Positions 41,191-53,800 of a stretch of DNA of 64,000 nucleotides are shown here, piece by piece (position 1 is the first letter of the stretch; each line of letters opens with the position of its first letter). The notes beneath the pieces are model-generated. The model made no database searches. It was not told the DNA's origin and saw only the letters and a program-made list of their open reading frames with translations. The stretch covers positions 66,655 to 130,654 of the forward strand of contig NW_002060975.1 in NCBI RefSeq assembly GCF_000150275.1, written 5' to 3'. The DNA is from Trichoplax adhaerens (Eukaryota > Animalia > Placozoa). The position numbers and the translations under genes were made by a program.

Positions 41191-41762
41191 AGATTTGAAA
41201 GTCAATTTGAAATTTTCGCTATTCTAAAAATTGGCCCATTATAGTACTGTATATGTATATTACCATTTGCTGTTAGGCACCATATTAACCACTACCATAA
41301 TTGACTTCAAAATCGACTTCAGTATCATCACTAGATTTGAAAGTCAATTTGAAATTTTCTCTATTCTAAAAATTGACCCATTATAGTACTGCATATGCAT
41401 GTTACTATTTGCTGCTAGGCGCCATATTAACCACTACCATAATTGACTTCAAAATCGACTTTAGTGTCATCATCATTAGATTTGAAAGTCAATTTGAAAT
41501 TTTCTCTATTCTAAAAATTGACCCATTATAGTACTGCATATGCATATTACTATTTGCTGTTAGGCGCCATATTAACCACTACCATAATTGACTTCAAAAT
41601 CGACTTTAGTGTCATCATTAGATTTGAAAGTCAATTTGAAATTTTCTCTATTCTAAAAATTGACCTATTATAGTACTACATATGCATATTACTTTTTGTT
41701 GTTAGGCGCCATATTAACCACTACCATAATTGACTTCAAAATCGACTTCCGTGTCATCATTG
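41191..41762. repeat. Tandem repeat, ~143-bp unit x4, highly similar copies
   Basis: AGATTTGAAAGTCAATTTGAAATTTTC at 41191, 41333, 41478 and 41620. Confidence 0.96.
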
Positions 41763-44700
41763 TAGTTGACATGCATACGGCTGAAGCTCGTACGTTACAC
41801 TTTTCCAAGTAGAATGTATCATCCTTGCCTTGTAGTCAGCGCATGTTGATCGATTTTTATACTACCCCAAAGGTTGTTGACTGTCATCACGTGGAAGAAA
41901 GCTTCAGACGTCAGCAGCTGAACATCACGTATCGCCCCTTCAATACCCAAATGTAGACGTAAATACAAATGAGAGACTATTTGTCTCCTCTTCGAAATCA
42001 TGGAGAAAAGCAATTAAAATCTCTATATAGCATAGCTCTACCCCTGAAAGCCATGGCTTTTTCTATCAATGCAACTATGATAGCAGTATAATCTAGATGA
42101 CAATAAATATTGTTATTAGTAGTCAAAGAAAAAAAGTGATTATTCTTAATAGTCAATACCTCGAGGTGGCGGTTAGCTCGTCCATTCATAAATACCAAAG
42201 CATTTGGACAGAAAAAAATTGCTCATCGGATTCATTGTACTGCACTATGCTGTACTATAGAATCTTTATATAGCTAATTATGACAAGATGTTGGATTTAA
42301 AGTAATGAAAGCTATCCCATAGGAGTATTATATAAAATAATAATATCGTTTATTTTTAATTTTGGAAGAGATTTCTCCAATGCTCGAAATAGAAAGACAC
42401 AAGGTATAGGTTTGCTACGACAATTCCCCAAGTTGTTGATTATTATTATACCTTTAGATGATTTTTAGAATCTATAATGCTATTAAAGAAAAATACAAAT
42501 TGTCCCCAAAGAGTGATATTATTATCACGTTACAAGCAATTGAGAAGACTTCAATTGAGTAGCCATGATGACGCGACACTTTTCGTAGTTCTAGAGACAG
42601 AAATGGACAATACGCCATTTGTTTAATATTCTCCTTGTCGATGATAATATTGCAAGAGGGATGATTTCTATATATATCTCTTACAGACAGTACACTGTAT
42701 TTATTGCCATACATGAAGTAGGATTACTTTCAATCCCTTAACGGAAATTTAATCCGGACATTAAATGAGGGAAGAATTTGCTTGGTGTACTTCAAAGAGA
42801 ATTAGTCTAAAAGAGAGGAATAGTATCTATGATTTGTTAAATCTTATTTCTAAAGAACCGAAAGTACACACTCGATGCTCTCTAAATGATACCAACGATT
42901 TTCATTATATTATTTATATACACGGATCGTTCCGCAGATAGTAAACGGAAGTCGCCAAGAAGTATTTTATGGTCGTCAATGAGCGAGCATTAGAGGCGTG
43001 GATTGATCATAAATTTGATGCTATTGTCATGCCTGCCGCAAGTCTAAAAATGACATCGATATCCTTTTTTTATAATACAACGTTACTGATCTGACAACAG
43101 TAAGCAATTTTATTTTAATTCGATAATAAGACAATGCTGCTGCTAGCTACCGCAATATAGCAAACATACCCCGTAGCGCCCACTTTGACATAATGAGTCA
43201 CTCAACTGTCGATTACAATTATTGTCGCTATTACAGCTAAGCAAGTAATTCCACTAAAAATGAACCATCTTGAAAAGGCTATTGAAATATATTTAGCCAT
43301 GGCTTTTCTTCTTTTCTTCAATAAGGCAAGTTGATCAAACATAGAGTAAATTTAAAAGTAACAATTGTTATCAATCATAACATTAGCAAACGATTATTAA
43401 TAACGATAATTTACTTTGTTTACTAAAAATACAGTGTATAATCTATTGATTATTCATTAAGCTTTAATCTACGTTAATATTTACGAGCTCATTACATTGT
43501 TAGGTTGTATTTGTCATGTATTTTTCATTATAAAAATGCGATACCAACATCAACAATAACAAAAATATTACCTTCAAATAGGGCTATGGCGGACCGCAAC
43601 TATTTAGATATCTCATAATAGGGATGGAAAATTGATTACTGTACAGTGTACACATTATAATGCTGATAATAATTTGTTTATTACTATCATTTCGAGAGAA
43701 CACTAGGATTTAATAGTTATTTCTGGTACTCTGTTTTATTTTTAGATCAGAATGAAGTGATAAAAGTCAATCAGACTTCACAAAATGGCTTCCACTTATT
43801 TTCTTACGAATTGATTATCTTCCACGTCTACATAAATCGTCAAACTGATGCCGTAGCCTATACAGTACAATAGAGAATTTTTTACCGCTATGGCATTAAA
43901 ACTGACCATTGCTAGATTGCCTTCATGTAGCACTTATTCGCTAATTTATGTAAGCAATAGAGTCTAGTAATACAGATCAAAATTTTCTTTATCATTATAA
44001 CATATGCATACACTCAGGCATGGATATTGTACAGCATATAAGGAGTATTTATAGCTATGTTCCTTGACCACATCTACTGAATATGTTATATTCATCGATC
44101 AAATAGAGACAATGCTTTTGTTAAATAAAAGGCTTTTTCTTATTCAATAAAATATTACGGTATAAAAATAGCATAAATAACTTAGCTACTTGGATAGGAG
44201 ATCATAAGTCTTCTCATAATCTTTTACTCTAAAAAGATCTTACAGACTTGACACAAAGTAATGATTACCTTGTTGCGTATCGATATATAAAAATAGGAAA
44301 TAATTAGCTTTTCTTCTCTGGATAACAGCTACGAAAAAACGAGTATTTACGAAAAAATGCAGACAACGTTATCATGCAGTAGATGACATTTTTATCTGAT
44401 TAAGCAATCTCATTTCTTACTGTTGATGTCACACAGTTACATTACAGTTATGCTAAGAGAAAACAGTTTAATAGTTTTACAACGTCATTATGGCTTTTGA
44501 TCATCTACTAAGTATAAGGGTAAACGAAGGCTTTTATCATATTTCTACGATTATAATAATTATTTAACGGACCATCTGCAGAATATTATTCCAGGCTCCA
44601 ATAGTGTATTTATCTTAAACTATAAATCATGCAATAGAACTCTAATTTTAACATATTTAAGTAATTACTAACCAATTTATTGGAAGAAAGGAATTTGCTT

Positions 44701-46747
44701 ATTGTTTAAAGCCTTAAATTAAACTTACTACATCATATTCCACCGAGGTATACTGTAAAGTGAATTATGATGATTATTGAAACCAAATCGTATATGTGAT
44801 AATAGAATATGAACAGATCATTGCTACATGACATTCCGTTTGACAAGAATGACGGTTCTATCAATAGCTGTAACTTTCCAATATTGAAAGTACTTACTGA
44901 AGATCAAATAACCAATCGGATTAATTAATTTTCAATAAATTGTATTACTGTAGATTTTATATTTGAAGTGGCAGGATTTGTGATTTAAGTATTTACTTTA
45001 CTGCATAGCTATTTACAAACTTTAATTCAATCGAATGATATCTTTGATTCTCTAGCTAAAGAAATGATATCGACCAAAGATACAATAGAATACAGTGTAA
45101 TTTGCATTTCGTAGTTAGTATTCATGTTCTTCTATCACATATTTCAATCATCATAGATAAGTTAAAGATGTTTTTGGCCATCATGCTATAGTTGTATTGC
45201 TGATAATAAACAAAAAAACTTTCAAAACATGAATATCCTTAATACTTATCAGAGAAAAGTTTCTAGTCGTATCTTACAGTAAAACTTGTAATAGAAACAA
45301 TTTTATCTTCGTTTCTTCAAATTCTTGAAATGAAAGAGAAAAACAGCTTATTTCGTTAAAGCTTTGGCTCCTATAGTATAGCGTAAATATAGGAAATAAT
45401 TCCATTAAATAATCAAATTCTATAAAACAGTTCAATTTTATGCACACCACGCCTTCATAACTTATGAAGATTTGCCTGTTTGATCATTGTACGAGATTTA
45501 ATTTTCTAACTAGTTTGCTTTAAAATAGGCTACGGCACTGAAAAGTTTAGTTTGATCTTAACAACAATATAAATTCAGTGACATGCTCATACCAAGTAAA
45601 ACAGAAATCTAGTGAAGGGCTGTCAGTTAGATTTTCAAAGTGTCTTTGTATGCTATAATTGAGTGCGCTATTGACAGTTGCAATTTTTTTGTACTAATTT
45701 TATAGGTCGTGTTATAAAGTTGCACTTCGATCAATGGCCGTGAAGTGATTTTATTCCGATGAAAGCAGTAGCAGTTCGTAATGAATTTTTTGGGAGAAGT
45801 TCTTACTCTTACTTCTTGTTGAAAAATGTATAAAATATCTGATTTTTCTATCAGATAGCACTAGCATTCATAGCTTACAGATAGGAAATGGTAAAGTTTA
45901 TTGTATTTCGTATAGCGTATCATAAAAGAATAGATTAAAATTGCCAAATCACAGTAACTTATTGAAAGTTTCATGAATAAATAATGCCAATTAATATGAT
46001 CAGGCAGTAGTGAAAGTTTTATTTGAAAATCAATTACTTTTAAGTTGAAACTATAGAAGATAACTTCTTTTTATCATATAGTGGTATTTGAAAGAAAGGA
46101 CAGTTTACGAAATAATATTTTGGAATTGGTATCCATTAAAGGGTCTCATTCTAGAAATTGACAGTCCTTTACCAGATAGGATGGACAAGTAATTATCGCA
46201 AAAGGTATAATATTTGGTTTGAGTATGTACTTATGAAAGTGAGCACTTTCCACTTAGAACCAAATGTTTTATCGTCCTAGCTGGGACATAATATGACGAT
46301 AATTTATTTTCGTGATGAGCTGAACATAAGTGAAATAAAGGATGATAATTGCTATTCGTCTTTTTATAGAAAGAGAAAATTCAACGACTAGATTTCATTT
46401 TCAAGATGTTAAAATAATATTTTCTATATGCTTCTCCATTGTATGTGTTCGTAGTTGATTTGCATACCATATAGCCAACAAAATGATTAAATTTTATGAA
46501 GATATAGCATTTTATTTTAAAAGACAATATTAAAGTGGTTTGAAATAGCAACGAATCTATTTTTGTGCGGTCATGTTTGCAAACTTGATATTATTATAAA
46601 TTGAAAAACCCAAAATGTTCACTGCAGATGTATAATATAATAAGTAGAAGACTTTGCAAGACTGATACATGTTGGGCGCTTTTTATAAAGATGTTATATA
46701 ATTTATAGAATGTATACTTAGCCAAATTTTTTACTGGTTACTACAGT

Positions 46748-47318
46748 TGTAGGAAAACTAGATTACGCTGAGCCCCAAGTAAATAAGATAGTAGATTAGC
46801 AGTGTTAGAGATACTCTACCAGGTGTTAAAGCCTAGCAGATTATTAGTGGATAGCGTTAGGGATGTTAGTCGTACGGTTTAGTAGGACTGCATGGCACCT
46901 TGATGTGCGACACCAGCACGTCTCATTAAATGACGTATGATTGGCCCAAAGTAAAGGATGACAATCATACGTAGCTTGGGGTCTTGCACTCGCAAGGCCC
47001 ATATTAAATATAAATTAGAATAAGAAGTAGTATACTAAGCTAAAATAAGATATTACTTGAATTGACTGAAATAGGGATTGGGTAAACATCTTTATCATTA
47101 ATCCTTTCTAGAAATATATAAAAGGCCCACTCCTTGGAGTGGGAGTAGGTCGATAGCCTTGAGCTAGTTGTGCATGTGCAATTGCTTCATCTTAAGTTCT
47201 ACTACTATAAAATTCAACAGTAATGTTTTAGGTAATAAACTATTTTTAACCTCTATAGAGAGGGCAAATCTCCTTGTGTGACTAGATACTGCAGGGTTGG
47301 AAGTAGTTCAATATTACA
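46748..47318 (+). mobile_element. Probable solo LTR (571 bp) of an LTR retrotransposon
   Basis: Starts TGTAG and ends TTACA. Flanks are ACAGT (46743-46747) and AAAGT (47319-47323), a 5-bp TSD with one mismatch. Internal ATTGG, TATATAAAAGG (47115) and AATAAA (47234) occur in U3-R-U5 order; GC is higher than in the flanks. Confidence 0.6.
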
Positions 47319-47603
47319 AAAGTGAAGATGAAGTTTCGTTTTACTTTTTATATCAGTGTCGACAAATTTCTTCTGTATTTCATCATGTGGTTTGTTATGA
47401 AGTAAGCAAAGATCTAATTAACATCGATTGCTAATATACACGTGCTTGTATTACTAGTAATTATTTCAATTCTGGTTCATCGTAAAATTTCTCGCTCTTT
47501 CTGTAGATGGCATTAAATATAGGTATCAATAGTAGATCGTAAGTCTTCTAATAGTAAATTAAATTATTTAGGATTGGGATACTAATAGCGTTTCTAGTCT
47601 CCT

Positions 47604-47822
47604 AAAAATATTTTAAATATTGTATAGATAATTACTGCGATAATCTGTTCACAAAATGATTGTGCTGAAGGGCTATATTTTTAATATTACGAGTTAATTG
47701 GCAAAAGAATAAAAAATATTTTAAATGCTGTATAGATAATTACTACGATAATCTATTCTCGAAATGATTGTACTGAAGGCTGGCTATATTTTAATATTAC
47801 AAGTTAATTGGCAAAAGAATAA
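47604..47822. repeat. ~108-bp tandem duplication (2 copies)
   Basis: AAAAATATTTTAAAT..TGTATAGATAATTACT...GTTAATTGGCAAAAGAATAA occurs twice. Confidence 0.9.
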
Positions 47823-50800
47823 GATACTAATGCAAACTAAGTTATAATTCCATAAGCACTATACCGTATACGAGCGCATGTTCAATTTGCATAGGCTAGC
47901 TATTCTAGAGGTTAAATAGAACGAAATTTAATAGTTAAAACTACTCTTAGCGGAACAAAATGAAATCTTCGTAAAAGTAAAATAAAATCCATAGAAATGA
48001 ATCGTTTATGCTATCAAGAAATTTGATTGTAACGTTGCCATTACTATAGGGACAATGTGCAATAGTAAATTAATGTATGCTATCGTACGGTCTACAGTAC
48101 TTTCCTTTCGCATATAATTAGGCATACTAGTGTTATTTTATTATGGATTTATGACGGTTTATAAAGGGTAAAATTATGCACTCGTAATAAATATTGTGAA
48201 ACGGTAACCAACTTCGTTTCTGCTGTTCTATCAGCAGAAGATCCATTTCTTAAATTAGCTCGTACTCATAAAATTTAAAGTATTTTCTCAAGTCATATGA
48301 AGTTAATGCAATTAGTAATGATCAATCGCGGTACGAAATGAATAATTCACGGAACGAACAAAACTGCTATTCGAAACTTTATCTCACAAAGCATTGAAAT
48401 TTGTATGGAAATTAAGGATAGCATATCATAATTGTAACAAAGAAATGGTCTAATAAATAATATCTCTACAATAAGGAGAAAATATGATTACAAATACAGG
48501 TTGACGGTCTCTAAACGTTTTAGTCATCGTTTGCAATACACTTGGGAATAGTAACATTAAATAACGAGTTGAAAAAGGAAGCCAATCAGGATTATTTCAT
48601 ACGGTATAATATCACGACAGTAATAAGCAGCACCAATCGCCCTTCAATTTAATCTATTGAGTTTCGTTTTAGTATCATAATAAATTTCGATTTAGCCATC
48701 AGATACACTGCATTTACTTGCGCAGTAAAAAAATGAAGCTAAAACAACGAACTGTGATTAAGTGATAGTTCGATGAAGCTATTTATTTAAAATTTAATAC
48801 CTCTTAGATCTAATCTGCTGAGAATAGTAGCTAATCCATTATGTGATTTTAGCTAAAACAATTCGCTTATAGGGGCATTTGACATTGGAGCGTCGGCTTA
48901 CGTCATCCCTTCGCTGCTGGTGACTTAGCCTTAATAGCATGACGGAAACGGATAATAATATTCATTAAACGACCACCAATATGGACATGTTATTCTATGC
49001 CTAGTGTGACACATTTTTAAAGCAATAATTTATTTGCTTTATCGAACAACCTCGGTGCAAAAACTAGACAATAGTCTGAGGAAAATTGGTTGGTAATGAG
49101 ACGCAGCTTAATATTCGCCTTGTGAAAGATAAAAAAGCAGCCTTTATATTCTTGGCTTTGTTAAAGTATTGTTATGAAGATCAATATGTATAAATTCATT
49201 TTTCCTTATTAGCAAATGGTTTTATTTTATAATCAAATTATTGAACGTAACGTTGGCAAGATGAATTGATAATTTGAATGAAAATGAAGAGATATATTCT
49301 TTTTATACAACTTATGATATGCTGTTAGCTGTTCTAGGCCCTTTAAGTTAGTGAAAGAACGAATATTAAAATATGCATTACGGTATATTAACTAATAGCT
49401 TTTTCATTTATAAGTTCAATGTGCCTGAAAATTAAATAGCAGTTAGTATGTAGTCGTGAAATACGAATAACAATGTGCGCTTTTATTACCAATTAGTTTA
49501 CTTTTATATGCATTGAAGAGTAGCTAGCTTTTTATTCTGAAAGAAACATAAAAGCAGTTACAATAGGTAGCAAGATAGGAGAGCATACGTGGAATATATA
49601 GACGATAGGATACAACAATTCTAGACACACAATTAAAATTATCAAACCCTTAATTCATTTATTGTTATGCTAATCTATCCTGTCCAAGCCGTAGCATTCG
49701 AGGGGCGGGTAGCAAAGGAAGTAAAACTGTAGTTTTTTTTTCATAGTTGAGATTGGATTGAAGTGAACACGCTAGTATCCTATCCACATGGCGGACTACA
49801 TCATAGCAAAACCAGTAAATTGGTTCGATGACTAGTCTTGCTATATGTTGAAGTAGTTCTATGATTAGATTGGAATTATTTTGGCGACTGGAAACTCAAC
49901 TTGCGGATGAAAATTAGAATATCTTAATCGATACGGAAAAATAGATTCATTTTACACTCTTTTTAACGATAAGTGACGCTCAACATGTATAAGAAAAAAG
50001 GAAGTAGGAGAAAGATGGACAACTACGAGTAAGTTGCAAGATAAAGCAATCTAAAATACAGAAGCGTTTATTTCTTCAACATTTAACTAGACGTATGAAA
50101 GTTCACGATATCCACTAGTTTAGCTTTGACTTTCTTCGATTCGAAGTTTCTGCAAATGAGACTGTTCGATTAAAAATAAAATAATCGATAATTAAAATGA
50201 CTTTTAGACATCCTGATTTGTAGCAATTTTCTAGTATGCTAGCTTTAATAGTTATTAAATGTTGAGATCAAATGTAAATAGGTTAGTTGGTTGATTTAAA
50301 CTGACATAATGCTTGAAAATAACACTTTGAGTTAGATTCAGCGAATTTTCTGTTTTCAGTATCGTATCTTTTCGAATGAGTTTCAATTATTATTCACTTA
50401 AATGCAATTAATTGTATTGGGCTATGTGTCTGTTACGATTAAGTAGTTAGTTAATGAAGGATGCCGGATAAAATATCTTCTCAGCGGTCATAGGAAAGAC
50501 AAAAAAGAGGAGGTTAACATTACTGCTTATAAATTGAAAGTAGATTAGAAGTGAATGATATCGGATAACCTTTCTACGTGAATCAATTTTAGCGGGCTTG
50601 TATTATTTAAGCCAATTGGATAGATGTTATGGGGTACAAAAAAAAATCTATCCATCTAAGTAGTAATAGACTAAGAGAAAATAAGGATATTAATTTTTCT
50701 GCGCTATCGTTAGATTTATTGAAAAAATTGACTTTAGAAATTAAAGTTAAACATTCTTATTCAATCCTGTCAATTACAAGAGAATCCTAGAATATCCTTC

Positions 50801-53800
50801 ATTCTGGTAACACGTAGATATATAGATTGATCATTAGTTACGGGAGAGTCGCAGGATATGCCTTTATTCTGGCGATATTAGGAGCAGTTAATAGCGAGTT
50901 GGACTCTCGTTAGAGAATAAGCATTATTTCGTCTATTATTCGCGCAAAAAATAAAATAGACACAAATACTCTCAGTTTAATACTATACAATCAACTTTAT
51001 AATTTATAATATCTCACGCACGCTGATGATATATTTAGTAGAACTATAACAGCACTTGATTGGAAATAATCAAGATGTCATTGTTACGATCTTTAGAAGA
51101 AAATAAGTCAGAAATGTCCCAATTAATGGAGTTTAATAGAGATGTAAAGTCCATACCGACTGAATTTTCACCAAATCTTATTTTTTTAATATTTACGATG
51201 GCTAAACAATTTTAATGGATGGCATGAATTGAATATTCATGTACAGCAAATAATTCAATTTTGTTGCTTAGTGTTTCTGCTTAAACATACGCTGGGATAT
51301 CTCCTAAGTAACGCTACTACTCTAGCCTTCGTAATTATTCCGTACAACTTATTGGACTAATTAGGCTTGTCAGCAATCTAAACTTTTCTCTCGGTGTTTT
51401 CAAAATCATTTCTTCAGTCTTTTTATAGTATGCCGCTGACAAAAGCGAGTACTACGGTCTGAGATATATTTCCGACAGTGTCACTAGGATTTTAAAAAAT
51501 TGAATTAAAATTGTTCAATTAAAGACATATTCGACATGATAGCACAGTACTATTCCAAAATTGCCAACAGTCATCCCAATTAAGGAAGTACCTCTACAGG
51601 ATCCTTTAAGGATCTCAAGCGTATCGCGTAGCATCAACTGCTTACTGCTTGATTATGTAGTATCGGGGAATCAACAGACCTTATTGCCACTATTTCACTT
51701 TAAATAGGGCTACACAGAATACGAAATGTGAGCGGGATACGCATTATGAAATGTTACAATGTACTAATTGTTTTAATCATTACGTCAATACATTAGCAGA
51801 TATTGTATCCCAAACGTGCTTACTATAATATACCTGATTTAGTAGCAAACTACATTATTGAACTTTCGATACCCAGTAATCAATGGCTGCGTACATGTGA
51901 TAACTTGAATAATAATTGTTTTCATTCAACAAATGATATAAATTCATAGAGTTTATGAGAGTTTTTAAGAAAGGATTCATTTCAAATGTAACCAATATTA
52001 AAACGATTCAGAATAATACTGTATATTACTGAATAACCACGTTTGTTCTTTTGATGATAATTAGCACGCCGCATTAATTTTGAATTAGACTAGTAAATAT
52101 TTGCATCATTGATCACATCTGAGGTAATACAAATGAGTACTGTATCTATTAAATGAAGTTGCGATACGCTGTAACAATCACTTAGGCACGGAAGAAAACT
52201 GAGTAAAACGAAAGTGTCTGCTTCGATTCGCGATATGCTGTAGGACATAAAATGAAGACTCCATCTTAATTTGACATAACGCTATAAATTAGTGTTGTGG
52301 CATGTTGCAGCTTTTTCGTTAATGCTTTAGTAAGGCTCTAATTTGTAAGTTATAGTGCAGCTATGGTCAGTTTTTAAGCATATAAATGGTGCACCAATCT
52401 GGCTTATGAATTTGATGTGGAATCTTGTCGTATCTTTTAAGCTGAGATTTTTTCTCAACTAGAAAAGTACCCACAAAGATATTCAGGCCTTATAACCGTA
52501 CGAATTGAGAATTTATAACAGTCTTATTCATTTGCCTTGTATTTTCTAACCTGTAAAAGGTATAAGGCGATGACTCCAGGTATAGCGTTGTCGTCATTGC
52601 AATGGAATCTTCATAGTTAGGTTTTCAAATCTTAAATTTGAAAGGGATACGAAATTTAAACCGATTAAAGAATCATAGCTATTCAGCTTTGGTGTCCTGA
52701 GAGAGATGATTTATGGCATATAGAATTATTGATTATGTTCTTCTTACATGTAAGTAAGCTGTGCAGTGAGGTAAACAGCAATTTGAATAGCTCTGTAGTA
52801 ATCCTTTACATGGTCTGTTATCCACAGCGTAAAATAGTGTAAAATAAGATGAAAAACTTCTGAGATGGAAGTTTCAGGTATTAAACGAGTGATCGATAGA
52901 AGTAAAGTTTAAACTACGAGATTGGACAAGCAGGTTGTCATTTCAGTCTACGTAGTAGTACCGTTGTCCATGGTTTGATAACTCACGTTTCGAATCAACT
53001 GTAAATACCAACAGCAACTTAATACGAGTATTGAGTTATTATTCATACGTATATCGAACATGGCTATATCATATTTATCTTTTAATATGACTGATATTGA
53101 TCGTCTTTGTTATTGACTATAAATACTGGAACCTGAATTAATTATAGAATGATAGCTATAGTTTACCAGTACCTACAGCTTACTAGAGCCCTTGCAACAA
53201 TACAAAAATAATTCATCATGCGAAACAGCGTCAAGTAAATAAATATTAACTTTACGTCATTCAAATGATACAAAGCATTTGCTGAATTATAAGACAACAG
53301 CATTACTACTGCAATAACAATTTATTTATCGATGCTACGAAGAGAATATATTTTCAGCTGAAATCTTGGTAACACGTGGAATAGAAAAGAGGAATGAGCA
53401 TATCGTTGATAGAGTCTATTTAGTATTAAGTGTACGGTACATTATAGCGTCTGCGCCTATGATAATGCTTATTTTTAATCTGCTATTACTTATTATACGA
53501 GAATATTTCTTTCTGTATTGTTAGTGTGCTTGAGTGATTGAATTTTCAAAATAAGTGTTCCCATACCGTAGTGGTAAAATTCTATCATCTTATTCACAGT
53601 AGGTTGTCTGCAAAGTAGATATCTACTGTCTTTACTGTACCTGTACTGTATGCTCGTTTACACGTTCTGTCATAACGGTGTATGTGTACTAATCGTAAGT
53701 ATATCATATAGTGGAACATAGACACAATAATTGCTAATCGTGTTCTGTGACCCCACTAGTAGTTTAATAAACTACGTTGATATTTTAACGTAATGGCTAT

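Noticed and set aside
47126-47168. Hairpin plus CTAG|T as a Helitron 3' end
   Set aside because: The 20-nt spacing is long and no 5' TC end was identified. The solo-LTR reading explains more features.
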